64,000 nt of DNA from contig WRIL01000008.1 in NCBI GenBank assembly GCA_009782775.1, forward strand, positions 762 through 64,761. Direction: 5' to 3'. Within the stretch, counting starts at the first letter, position 1. Each line of letters starts with the position of its first letter. Below, in pieces: positions 53,583-64,000 of this stretch. The stretch is from Desulfovibrionaceae bacterium. Its GTDB lineage: Bacteria; Desulfobacterota; Desulfovibrionia; Desulfovibrionales; Desulfovibrionaceae. The translations under genes were made by a program, and so were the position numbers. The notes beneath the pieces were generated by a model. That model worked only from the letters and a program-made list of their open reading frames with translations, was not told the origin of the DNA and did not search any database.

Positions 53583-54149
53583 ATGCAAGAGGCCATTTTA
53601 CGCAATCTGCTCACCCGGCGCAGCATCCGCAAATACCTGCCCAAGCCTGTGCCTAGGGAGCTTTTAGAAAAGATCGTGGAAGCCGCCCTTTACGCCCCCA
53701 GCGCCATGGGACGCCAGCCCTGGCATTTTGTCGTGCTGGCCGGGGAAAAACGCATCGCCGACCTCACCGTTGCCCTCAAGGAAGCCGTGGCCCGCATGCC
53801 TGAGAATATCTACCAAAAATTCGTGGGAAACCCCGAGTACACGGTCAGCTACCATGCCCCGGCACTGATCATGGTCTCCGCCGACCCCGCCAAGCCCAAT
53901 GCCGAGGCCGACTGCGCCCTGGCCCTGGGCAACATCTTCCTGGCCGCCCACGCCCTGGACCTAGGAACATGCTGGATCAACCAGATGGGCAGCGCCTGCC
54001 CGGACGAGCGGTTCCGCGCCCTGCTCACCGAACTGGGCGTGCCTCCGCAAAATTACATATACGGTTGCGCCGCCGTTGGCTGGCCCGACGGTCCACGCCC
54101 GGAAGCCGCGCCCCGCAAAAGCGGCAAGGTCAACTACGTGCTGGAGTAG
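53583..54149 (+). CDS. Nitroreductase family protein
   Basis: LLTRRSIRKYLPKPV and PSAMGRQPWHFVV motifs. 188 aa. Confidence 0.85.
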   Translation: MQEAILRNLLTRRSIRKYLPKPVPRELLEKIVEAALYAPSAMGRQPWHFVVLAGEKRIADLTVALKEAVARMPENIYQKFVGNPEYTVSYHAPALIMVSADPAKPNAEADCALALGNIFLAAHALDLGTCWINQMGSACPDERFRALLTELGVPPQNYIYGCAAVGWPDGPRPEAAPRKSGKVNYVLE

Positions 54150-54154
54150 CGGTA

Positions 54155-54176
54155 AACCGGGGGCGGAGCCCCGGTT
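54155..54176. terminator. Hairpin between convergent genes (possible bidirectional terminator)
   Basis: AACCGGGG-GCGGAG-CCCCGGTT, an 8-bp GC-rich stem with no clear U-tract. Confidence 0.35.
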
Positions 54177-54184
54177 ACAGCCAC

Positions 54185-56245
54185 CTATTCCTCTTCCTTC
54201 CGGACCTTCTGGTATTCGGCGACCACCTTTTCGGTCACCGGCGGCGGGGCTTCCTCGTAATGGGAAAACTCCGCCGTGAACACTCCCTGCCCGCTGGTCA
54301 TGGAGCGCAAGTCCGGGGCGTAGCGCAGGATTTCGCTCATCGGCACATGGGCCTTGAGTTCGGTGATTCCGGCGGTGGAATCCGATCCCAGCACCTTGCC
54401 CCGGCGGCTGGAGAGATCGCCGATGACATCACCCATGAATTCATCCGGGATGGATACCGCCAGGGTGACTATTGGCTCCAAAAGCACCGGCCGACATTGT
54501 TCCATGGCCTTGCGGAAGGCCAGGGACCCGGCGATCTTGAAGGCCATTTCCGAGGAATCCACGTTATGATAGCTGCCGTCATAAAGACGAGCCTTGAAGT
54601 CCACCATGGGGTAGCCGGCCAGGAACCCTCTGCCCGCGGCCTCCTGTACTCCCTTGTCCACGGCCGGGATATACTGGCGGGGAATGACCCCGCCCACGAT
54701 GGCATCTTCAAAAAGGTAGCCCGCGCCTTTGGGCATGGGCTCAAACTCAACCCAGCAGTCACCGAACTGCCCACGACCGCCGGTCTGCTTTTTATGCCGG
54801 CCCTGCACCTGGCTTTTACCCTTAATTGTTTCCCGGTAAGGAACTTTGGGGGTGTTCAGCAGTATCTCCACCTTGTAGCGGCGTTTGGCCTTTTCCACCG
54901 CGATTTCAATATGCAGTTGCCCCATGCCGGAGACGATAATCTCCGCGGTTTCCTCGTCGCGGCTGAGGCGCAGGGTGACATCCTCCTCCGTGAGCTTCTG
55001 CATGGCGGCATAGGCTTTTTCTTCATCGCCCTTTTCCTTGGGGGACAGAGCGTAGGAAATCAGTTGCGGAGGCAGGGTGGGAACAGGCAGGGAAAAATTC
55101 AGCTTATCCGGGCCCAAGGTATCGCCGGTGTGGGTATTTTTCAGCTTGGCCAAGGCCAGGAGCGCGCCCGGACCTAAATTATCCTTGGTGGGGGACTGGT
55201 TTTTGCCGGTCAGCAGAATGGGGGTTCCCATGCGCTCCATTTCGCCGTTGCGCATGTTTTTTAGGGAAGATTCGCTGTTCACGCTGCCGGAGATGACCCG
55301 GGCGATGCTGAGCACGCCGGAAAAAGGATCCTGGATGGTCTTGAAAACAAAACACAGGGGCTGACCGGCCTGGTCAATGCGCAGTTCTTCGCCCTGCGCG
55401 CTAACCAAGGGAGGGCGGTCCAGAGGCGAAGGGAGGGCCGCGGCCAGAAGGTCCAGCAGCTGCCGGCCGCCCTTGTTTTCCAGAGCTGATCCGGCCATGA
55501 CCGGGGTGAGGTCCCCCTGGATTACCCCCTGGCGCAGCCCGCGGAGGATCTCTTCCTGGGAAAGCTCCCCGGCCTCCAGGTATTTTTCCATCAAGGCCTC
55601 ATCACTTTCCGCGATGTTTTCAATGGCCGCTTCCCGGAGAGCACGCATGACTTCCCGCTGATCCGCCGGGATTTCCTCTTCCCGCACCGACCCATCGGCC
55701 TGAAAAATCCGGGCCTTGCCCGCCAGCACGTCCACCAAGCCATTAAGGCTGCCTTTGCCCAGAGGGGCGTAGAGCAACACCGGCTTGATCCCCAGACCGA
55801 CCAGCCCAGCATAAGCCTGATCAAAATCAGCCCGGTCACGGTCCAGCTTGTTGATGAAGCAACAGGCGGGCAGGCCGGCTTTCTTCACCGCCTGCCAGTG
55901 TTTTTTTGTCAGCGGGCGCACGCCGTCCACCGCGTCCAGGGTGAAAACGACAAAATCCACGGCCAGTAACAGAAGATCCATATCCCCCGTAAAATTTCCG
56001 TCGCCGGGCAAGTCCATGAGAAAATGCCGATCCCCCTTCCACTCGTAAGTGGCCAGGGCCGGCTGGATGCTGCCCCGGCGCTTGATCTCCTCCGGTTCAA
56101 AATCCAGGGTCGTGCCTCCTTCCTCAATTTTGCCGAGGCGATTGATCACCCCGGCCTGCAAAAGCAACATCTCCGCCAGGCTGGTCTTGCCGCAACCGCC
56201 GGTTCCCACCAAGGCATAGGTTCTTTGCGCTTCAATAGAAGACAT
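54185..56245 (-). CDS. Elongation factor G-like GTPase (divergent paralog)
   Basis: 686 aa with EF-G domain order. G1 GTGGCGKTS, G3 DLPGDGNF, G4 NKLD. C-terminal domains IV/V are recognisable (e.g. GGRGQFGDCWVEFEP). Confidence 0.85.
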   Translation of the reverse strand: MSSIEAQRTYALVGTGGCGKTSLAEMLLLQAGVINRLGKIEEGGTTLDFEPEEIKRRGSIQPALATYEWKGDRHFLMDLPGDGNFTGDMDLLLLAVDFVVFTLDAVDGVRPLTKKHWQAVKKAGLPACCFINKLDRDRADFDQAYAGLVGLGIKPVLLYAPLGKGSLNGLVDVLAGKARIFQADGSVREEEIPADQREVMRALREAAIENIAESDEALMEKYLEAGELSQEEILRGLRQGVIQGDLTPVMAGSALENKGGRQLLDLLAAALPSPLDRPPLVSAQGEELRIDQAGQPLCFVFKTIQDPFSGVLSIARVISGSVNSESSLKNMRNGEMERMGTPILLTGKNQSPTKDNLGPGALLALAKLKNTHTGDTLGPDKLNFSLPVPTLPPQLISYALSPKEKGDEEKAYAAMQKLTEEDVTLRLSRDEETAEIIVSGMGQLHIEIAVEKAKRRYKVEILLNTPKVPYRETIKGKSQVQGRHKKQTGGRGQFGDCWVEFEPMPKGAGYLFEDAIVGGVIPRQYIPAVDKGVQEAAGRGFLAGYPMVDFKARLYDGSYHNVDSSEMAFKIAGSLAFRKAMEQCRPVLLEPIVTLAVSIPDEFMGDVIGDLSSRRGKVLGSDSTAGITELKAHVPMSEILRYAPDLRSMTSGQGVFTAEFSHYEEAPPPVTEKVVAEYQKVRKEEE

Positions 56246-56326
56246 GGATCACTCCTGGATATATTTTTAGCTTCCGGCTAACTTTTGTAGAAAGCCCCCC
56301 GGCTGTCAAGCCCAATTTGCCGCTTG

Positions 56327-59071
<2,745 letters not shown>

Positions 59072-59294
59072 TCTTACTCCACAGGCAACGGGTATAACCG
59101 GATATACGCCCCCGCGCTAAAGCCTGCACCATGAGCTATAGTTATCAGGACTTGAGCGGATCGTCCAGAATCATTAAACCTTGGACGCCCGCGACCGACC
59201 TGGCCGATGACGGGTGAAAGCCTCCTTGACAAAAACACGGTAACGTATTTTATTGTCTTAAGCCCTGCCCTTAATTTTTAATTTGGAGGATCGT

Positions 59295-59669
59295 ATGCGT
59301 TTGCGTGACATATCCTTTTTTATCTCCACTCTAATATTGGCCGCAGCCCTATCCGCCGCTCTGGACGTTATGGCGGCGGAACCCGGCCCCATAACGCCGG
59401 AAGAAGGAAAAGCCATGGTCCAGCAACAGACGGACTTGGTCATACTCGATGTGCGCAATCCCAATGAATATGTCACCGTGCATTATCCCGACGCGCTGAA
59501 TATCCCGGTCAACGAGCTGGAAACTCGCCTGAACGAGGTGCCGCAGGGCAAGCCGGTGCTGGTGCACTGCGGCTTAGGCAAGCGCGCCCAGCGCGGCTAC
59601 GAGATCCTGAAAGAGAAGCGCCCGGACATCAAGGAACTTTATTACATCAACGGCGAGGTTATTTTTTAG
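59295..59669 (+). CDS. Secreted rhodanese-like domain protein
   Basis: GGAGG RBS, signal peptide MRLRDISFFISTLILAAALSAALDVMA, active-site loop HCGLGKRA. Confidence 0.85.
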   Translation: MRLRDISFFISTLILAAALSAALDVMAAEPGPITPEEGKAMVQQQTDLVILDVRNPNEYVTVHYPDALNIPVNELETRLNEVPQGKPVLVHCGLGKRAQRGYEILKEKRPDIKELYYINGEVIF

Positions 59670-60928
59670 GCGTTCTTCACCGGAAGAACACGCAACAACC
59701 GGCCGGCCCAAATCATAAACACAAAAATGACCAGCCCAGCGCAGAGCAGCAACAGGGCGGGATGCATAAAGCCGAGAAGGGCGAAGACAAGGCCGGAGAA
59801 GAGAATGCCCGCGAAAGAAGCAAAATTGGAAATGCCGAGCACCTTGCCCTTTTCCCAGGCCAGAGGCCGGATTTGGATGAAACTGACCAGTGGGATGAGG
59901 TAGAGGCCGCCGCAGATGCCGGTAAAGGTAAAGGCGGCGAGGAGCCAGGGCAGATACAGGGCGGAAGGCAAAAACGGCGCGCAGGCGGCGGCGAGAAGCC
60001 AGAGCCCCATGCCTGTCCCGGCGGGGAACATGAAACTCCGCCAGACCCCTGCCTCGTGCCGCCCGGCAAGCACGGAGCCTATACAGATACCCACGGTTAG
60101 CGCCACGGGAAACAGACTTGTGACGGTGAGGGAAAAGCCGAGGCGCACCCCCAAATTGGGGAGACAGAGAAGCACAAAGGAGGATATGCCGTAAAAAAAC
60201 GCCTCCCCGGCCAGCGCCAGGTACAGGGCTTGATCGTTTTTCCGGCATTCCAGCGCGTGGCGCAAGGAATCCAGAGGACCAAACCAGGGAAAGGGCGCCT
60301 TTGACCATTCTCGTTCCGGGCTTTCTCCTATGCCGTGGGCGGCAAGGATGCCGACCACGGAAACCAGCGCCGCAAAAACGCCTATGCCCACACGGCCGAA
60401 GGCCAGATGCCCTTCGGGCAGCAAGGTGCACATGAATGCGGGTGGCGGGAGTTCGAGCACCACCCCGGCCAAGGCGAAACCTGCCAGTATGGTGGCCGTG
60501 GTGACCAGCTTGAGCAGGGCGTTCACCCTGGGTACTTCGCGGGCGGGGAAATTTTCAGGAATGGCCCCGTTAAGCGCCGGGCTGAAAAAGGTGGATTGCA
60601 AACCCATGAGAAAGACCACGGCCACCATGCCCCCCCAGTGCGTAATTACGCCCGTGGAACAAATGGAAAAAGCTCCGAGGATCATGGCCCCAAGCTCCAG
60701 GTACTTGGAGCGCACTATGATCAGTTTTTTGGGAAAGGCATCCGCGAGCCACCCTCCCCAGGCAGAAAAGAGGACGAAAGGCAGGGCAAAAAGCACGGTG
60801 GCGACGCCCTGAATCCATTCGAGGTGGGCGATGGCAGCCAGCAACAGCGCGGCCTGCTTGAAAAAATTATCGTTGAAAGTGCCCATGGCGTAGGCGGTCC
60901 CCATCAAGACGGCAATCGAAGTTTTCAT
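59666..60928 (-). CDS. MFS transporter (LplT-like)
   Basis: 420 aa with about 12 TM helices. N-terminal FNDNFFKQA stretch is typical of lysophospholipid-transporter-like MFS proteins. Confidence 0.75.
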   Translation of the reverse strand: MKTSIAVLMGTAYAMGTFNDNFFKQAALLLAAIAHLEWIQGVATVLFALPFVLFSAWGGWLADAFPKKLIIVRSKYLELGAMILGAFSICSTGVITHWGGMVAVVFLMGLQSTFFSPALNGAIPENFPAREVPRVNALLKLVTTATILAGFALAGVVLELPPPAFMCTLLPEGHLAFGRVGIGVFAALVSVVGILAAHGIGESPEREWSKAPFPWFGPLDSLRHALECRKNDQALYLALAGEAFFYGISSFVLLCLPNLGVRLGFSLTVTSLFPVALTVGICIGSVLAGRHEAGVWRSFMFPAGTGMGLWLLAAACAPFLPSALYLPWLLAAFTFTGICGGLYLIPLVSFIQIRPLAWEKGKVLGISNFASFAGILFSGLVFALLGFMHPALLLLCAGLVIFVFMIWAGRLLRVLPVKNA

Positions 60929-61196
60929 TTAACATACTATATTAGCTAATTTTTATTTTATAAAAAATTTTACCTGCCAACATAAATACCAACAGTATCT
61001 ATTTTATTGTTACTCTGGAGCCAGTTAGACGACGTTAGACTTCTCTGAATGCCTTGTCAAGTTAAAGGCGATTTGTGAAAAAGGCACCCCACCACGAATG
61101 ATGGGATGCCTTGATTCATTCACTTCTTAGCCGCCAGTTTTCTAACCAAGGCATCAAACTCCTGATGTAATTTCAGCAATTTGTCCAGGGCCGCAT

Positions 61197-62195
61197 CTAA
61201 TGGAGCCAGTGTCTTGTCCACAACAGGATACTCCTTTGCCAGCGTTTCCCCGGCAGTGCGGTATGTGGGCTGGGGAATACAAATTCGCCCCTGCCCGAAA
61301 ACACATGCAGCGCCCTTAACAATCCAAGAACCTGACGCGACAGAGGAACGGTAAAATCACGCCGCATTTTCATCCTTTCGGCGGGAATTTTCCAGAGATT
61401 TTCTTTGAGGTCGAACTCCGTCCATTTAGCAAGCCGCAGTTCTGACGGGCGAGTGAACACATATGGCAGAATTTTGAGGTAGCTGAGGATGCTGAATGAA
61501 CTGCCGACCTGGTCAATTTTATTCAGCAGTTCGGCGATTTCTTTGGGTTCGGTGACGGAGGGGAGGCTCCGGGCTTCGCCACCTTCGAGAGCCTTGCGTA
61601 AGCGCAAAATGGGGTTGTACTCAATCCGGCCAGTATTCATGGCATAGTCGAAAACCTGTGAGCAGGCGGAAAGTATTTTATTGGCCGTCGTATGCTTTCC
61701 TTCCGCCTCAATGGGCCTGATGATCGCCAAAACCTCCGGAGCTTTGATTGCCGAAATCGGTTTTGTCCCAAAAGCTGGAAAGGCATTTGTTTCAAGGTAC
61801 CGCAAGACTCTGTGGGCCTGTCGTTCACTGACCTGCCGTTCACGGATGGGGTGCCATTCCCGCGCAACGGCCTCAAAGGTATTCCCATCTTCCCATTGCG
61901 CTTCAATGGCAATGGCCCTAGCTGCTTTTTTCTGTTCGCCGGGGTCAATGCCCTCAAGTAGAAGCTTTTTCGCTTCGTACCGTTTGTCCCGCGCTTCCCG
62001 TAAACTGACCAGCTCATACGGGCCGATACTCAGCGTTTTTTGCTTACCGCCAAAGCGGTATGCCAGCCGCCAAAACTTTTTACCCTCCGCAGTAACGTAG
62101 AGAAATAACCCCCCGCCGTCAGCCATTTTCTGGATTTTTCCATTTCCTCTAGTATTTCTAATAGTTATGTCTGATAGCTTCACGCTCACCTCCAT
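61197..62195 (-). pseudogene. int: P4-type tyrosine integrase, 3'-truncated
   Basis: MEVSVKLSDITIRN...DGGGLFLYVTAEGKKFWRLAYRFGGKQKTLSIGPYELVSLREARD (DUF4102-type arm-binding N-terminus), then TRPSELRLAKWTEFDL...IPAERMKMRRDFTVPLS...FVFPS. Homology stops there. The HxxR and Tyr catalytic region is absent in all three frames downstream. Confidence 0.8.
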
Positions 62196-62198
62196 CGC

Positions 62199-62350
62199 GT
62201 GTTGGTATATTTGCTTGTCCAAACGGCGCCGATACCAACACATCTGAAAAAATCGTTGGGAGAGTAGTATTATTTGGTGTTGGTATATCGCTGGCAAAAT
62301 ACCTGTTTGCTGTCCTCATACCAACAAATTAACCAATAGTGTTGGTAGAT
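62199..62350. repeat. Five copies of a GTGTTGGTAT-type 10-12-mer in alternating orientation
   Basis: GTGTTGGTATAT 62199-62210; ATACCAACAC 62232-62241 (inverted); GTGTTGGTATAT 62277-62288; ATACCAACAA 62318-62327 (inverted); GTGTTGGTAGAT 62339-62350. A sixth, ATACCAACAG, lies at 60986-60995. Confidence 0.65.
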
Positions 62351-62386
62351 GTCCAGGTACTTCGTTAGACGAAGTGAGACAAACGA

Positions 62387-62426
62387 AAAGGCTGGGACCC
62401 TTATTTTACAAGCGTTTCCAGCCTTT
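62387..62426 (-). terminator. Hairpin terminator downstream of tRNA-Leu
   Basis: AAAGGCTGG-22 nt loop-CCAGCCTTT, followed on the minus strand by TCGTTTGTCTC. Confidence 0.45.
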
Positions 62427-62450
62427 CTCAGACTTTGTTGGACTATCACC

Positions 62451-62537
62451 TGGTGCCGAAGGGGAGACTCGAACTCCCATGCCGTTGCCAGCACTAGATC
62501 CTGAATCTAGCGTGTCTACCAATTCCACCACCCCGGC
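62451..62537 (-). tRNA. tRNA-Leu (anticodon CAG)
   Basis: Minus strand GCCGGGGTGGTGGAATTGGTAGACACGCTAGATTCAGGATCTAGTGCTGGCAACGGCATGGGAGTTCGAGTCTCCCCTTCGGCACCA. Long variable arm; anticodon loop TTCAGGA. Confidence 0.93.
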
Positions 62538-62655
62538 CTGGAGAGGGTTTTAGCCGGAAGCCCGGACTTTGGCAAGAAGATTTTGCGGTCAAAAATATGC
62601 CGGGGCATGGGGGTAGTAGCCTGTTTTTCCTTGAAAATAAAAGAGATGAGGGGTT

Positions 62656-62671
62656 TGGCCCATAAGTTGCT
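62656..62671 (+). promoter_or_regulatory. Sigma-54 (-24/-12) promoter candidate upstream of flgF-flgG
   Basis: TGGCCCATAAGTTGCT: GG at 62657-58 and GC at 62669-70, consensus spacing. 61 nt upstream of the flgF ATG. Confidence 0.55.
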
Positions 62672-62731
62672 TAGAAGGCTTTGACCTGGAAAAAACACCA
62701 TGTTCCAGGGAAGGAAGAGGAGGAATTTACC

Positions 62732-63511
62732 ATGCAAAACAGCATGTTTAGCGGGCTGTTCGGAGCCCTGACCAACGAACACCGCATGAACAGCATCGCC
62801 AACAACCTGGCCAACATCAACACCACCGGCTATAAACGCGACAGCTTGGCCTTTCGCGACACCTTCATCATGTTCGCCCATGACCAAGTCATGGAGCCTA
62901 TAGCCAACGTGCGCTCCCAAAAGCTCTTTCCCGACCCTCAGCACCGGGCCAGGCCGCGCCTAGCCGTGGCCCTGACCGATTTCGAACAGGGCGGGCTCAA
63001 GGTCACCGGCGCGCCGCTGGATCTGGCCATAAGCGGTGAAGGCTTTTTCACCATCCGTACCCCTCTTGGCGACTATTACTCCCGCAACGGGCATTTTCGC
63101 CTGAATGCCGAAGGCATGATCATCACGGAACAGGGCTTTCCTGTGCTTGGCGATGGGGGTGAAATCATCCTTCCGCCGGGGATCAAAGACCTGGTCATCG
63201 CCGCAGACGGCCGCATCTTCGGAGATGATGTCCTGCTTGGACAGATCGGTATGGTCTCGGTGGACAACCTGCGCAATCTGGAAAAAATGGGCGGCAATCT
63301 CTACCGGGCGCGCAACGGCGCCCAAGTGCAAGAAATAGCCGCCCCCGGCGAGATGGTCCAGGGCTTCCTGGAAATGCCCAATGTGGATGTAGTCTATGAA
63401 ATGGTCAACATGATTGAGGCACACCGGCAATTTGAAGCCTATCAGAAGGTAATGCAAACCAGCGATACCGTGGACCGGGAGGCCATCACCCGGGTGGGCC
63501 GCAACCGTTAA
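62732..63511 (+). CDS. flgF: Flagellar basal-body rod protein FlgF
   Basis: GAGGAGG RBS. MQNSMFSGLFGALTNEHRMNSIANNLANINTTGYKRD and C-terminal LEMPNVDVVYEMVNMIEAHRQFEAYQK. Directly upstream of flgG. Confidence 0.88.
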   Translation: MQNSMFSGLFGALTNEHRMNSIANNLANINTTGYKRDSLAFRDTFIMFAHDQVMEPIANVRSQKLFPDPQHRARPRLAVALTDFEQGGLKVTGAPLDLAISGEGFFTIRTPLGDYYSRNGHFRLNAEGMIITEQGFPVLGDGGEIILPPGIKDLVIAADGRIFGDDVLLGQIGMVSVDNLRNLEKMGGNLYRARNGAQVQEIAAPGEMVQGFLEMPNVDVVYEMVNMIEAHRQFEAYQKVMQTSDTVDREAITRVGRNR

Positions 63512-63539
63512 TTTATAATCGTTAGAAGGAGTAAGGCTT

Positions 63540-64000
63540 ATGATGCGATCATTATGGACGGCGGCCACCGGCATGCATGCCCAACAACTGAACATTGACG
63601 TCATTTCCCATAACCTGGCCAATGTGAACACCACCGGCTTCAAGAAAAACCGGGCCGAATTCGAGGATCTGATCTACCAAACCATGCGCGTGGCCGGCTC
63701 CATTACCGGAGTCGAAGGCGACCAGCGCATCCCGGTTGGCATACAGGTAGGCCTGGGGGTGCGCCCGGTGGCCGTGCACAAGATTTTCTCCCAGGGCGAT
63801 TACCAGAACACCAACAACCCGCTGGACTTGGCCATTGAAGGCGACGGTTTTTTCCAGGTACTGGTGAACGGCGAAGAACGCTATACCAGGGCCGGGGCCT
63901 TCAAACTGAACCAGGACGGCACCATTGTAACCGCTAACGGCTACATACTCCAGCCGGAATTCACCGTGCCCATTGAGACCAAGCACCTGATCGTGACGGA
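63540..64000 (+). CDS. flgG: Flagellar basal-body rod protein FlgG (5' part; continues past right window edge)
   Basis: Own translation: [53 protein letters not shown]... Open to the window end, so absent from the ORF track. Confidence 0.9.
   Translation, partial: MMRSLWTAATGMHAQQLNIDVISHNLANVNTTGFKKNRAEFEDLIYQTMRVAGSITGVEGDQRIPVGIQVGLGVRPVAVHKIFSQGDYQNTNNPLDLAIEGDGFFQVLVNGEERYTRAGAFKLNQDGTIVTANGYILQPEFTVPIETKHLIVT

Larger units (their letters stand above)
60929..62450 (-). mobile_element. Remnant of a tRNA-Leu-associated integrative element (only a truncated integrase remains)
   Basis: AT-rich ~1.5 kb between the MFS gene and the 3' end of tRNA-Leu(CAG), holding a 3'-truncated P4-type integrase and repeated GTGTTGGTAT motifs. 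I could not find a direct repeat of the tRNA 3' end. Confidence 0.5.

Noticed and set aside
53969-55177. 402-aa plus-strand ORF
   Set aside because: It is antisense to the EF-G-like gene and overlaps the end of the nitroreductase gene. Its composition is Gly/His/Arg/Leu-rich junk.
62270-62494. 74-aa minus-strand ORF
   Set aside because: It overlaps the tRNA-Leu gene and the repeat-rich att-like region, and has no RBS.
62569-62586. Sigma-54-like sequence TTGGCAAGAAGATTTTGC upstream of flgF
   Set aside because: The GG-to-GC distance is 14 nt instead of 12. The correctly spaced element at 62656-62671 is preferred.

Overview
High-GC chromosomal window. Its gene families and regulator types look like a Desulfovibrio-type (Desulfovibrionales) bacterium; this is inferred from gene content, not from a database hit. 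Most of it is ordinary housekeeping DNA.

Gene order, left to right:
- a fused NfnA/NfnB-like oxidoreductase running off the left edge, and tRNA-Gly(CCC)
- a TAXI-type TRAP transporter, def-fmt, and a WbaP-like sugar transferase
- the classic tRNA(Thr-Tyr-Gly-Thr)-tuf-rpmG-tRNA(Trp)-secE-nusG-rplKAJL cluster, which here ends in a terminator instead of rpoBC
- mnmA, cysK, trmFO, and typA
- a modA-mop-modB-modC molybdate operon with a divergent TunR-like regulator
- a secreted Csd4/AstE-like carboxypeptidase, an S1-domain protein, and a 906-aa membrane protein with a CCHC zinc knuckle
- lpxK, a BI-1/YccA protein, a GH57 enzyme, and an MBL-Isf-ComF operon
- the phoH-pgpH-ybeY-TerC/CBS/CorC operon followed by a LOG-family gene
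- an fpg-DUF2157/DUF4401-GDYXXLXY operon, and cobO
- an EF-G paralog, a hybrid histidine kinase, a rhodanese, and an MFS transporter
- a decayed integrase remnant beside tRNA-Leu(CAG), then flgF and flgG (flgG truncated at the right edge)

I found no CRISPR array, rRNA gene, intact mobile element or recognisable defence system.

Observations most worth following up:
1. the CCHC-knuckle/TPR membrane protein next to the S1 paralog
2. three orphan genes each preceded by a well-spaced sigma-54 -24/-12 promoter, the same promoter type seen upstream of flgFG
3. a Mop/TOBE gene with an in-frame TAA at a conserved Glu codon
4. a low-GC single-gene insertion encoding a CofE-like ligase
5. a truncated P4-type integrase with repeated GTGTTGGTAT motifs next to tRNA-Leu
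6. an EF-G paralog lacking the catalytic His

The many long ORFs in the supplied track that lie antisense to these genes are GC-bias artefacts.
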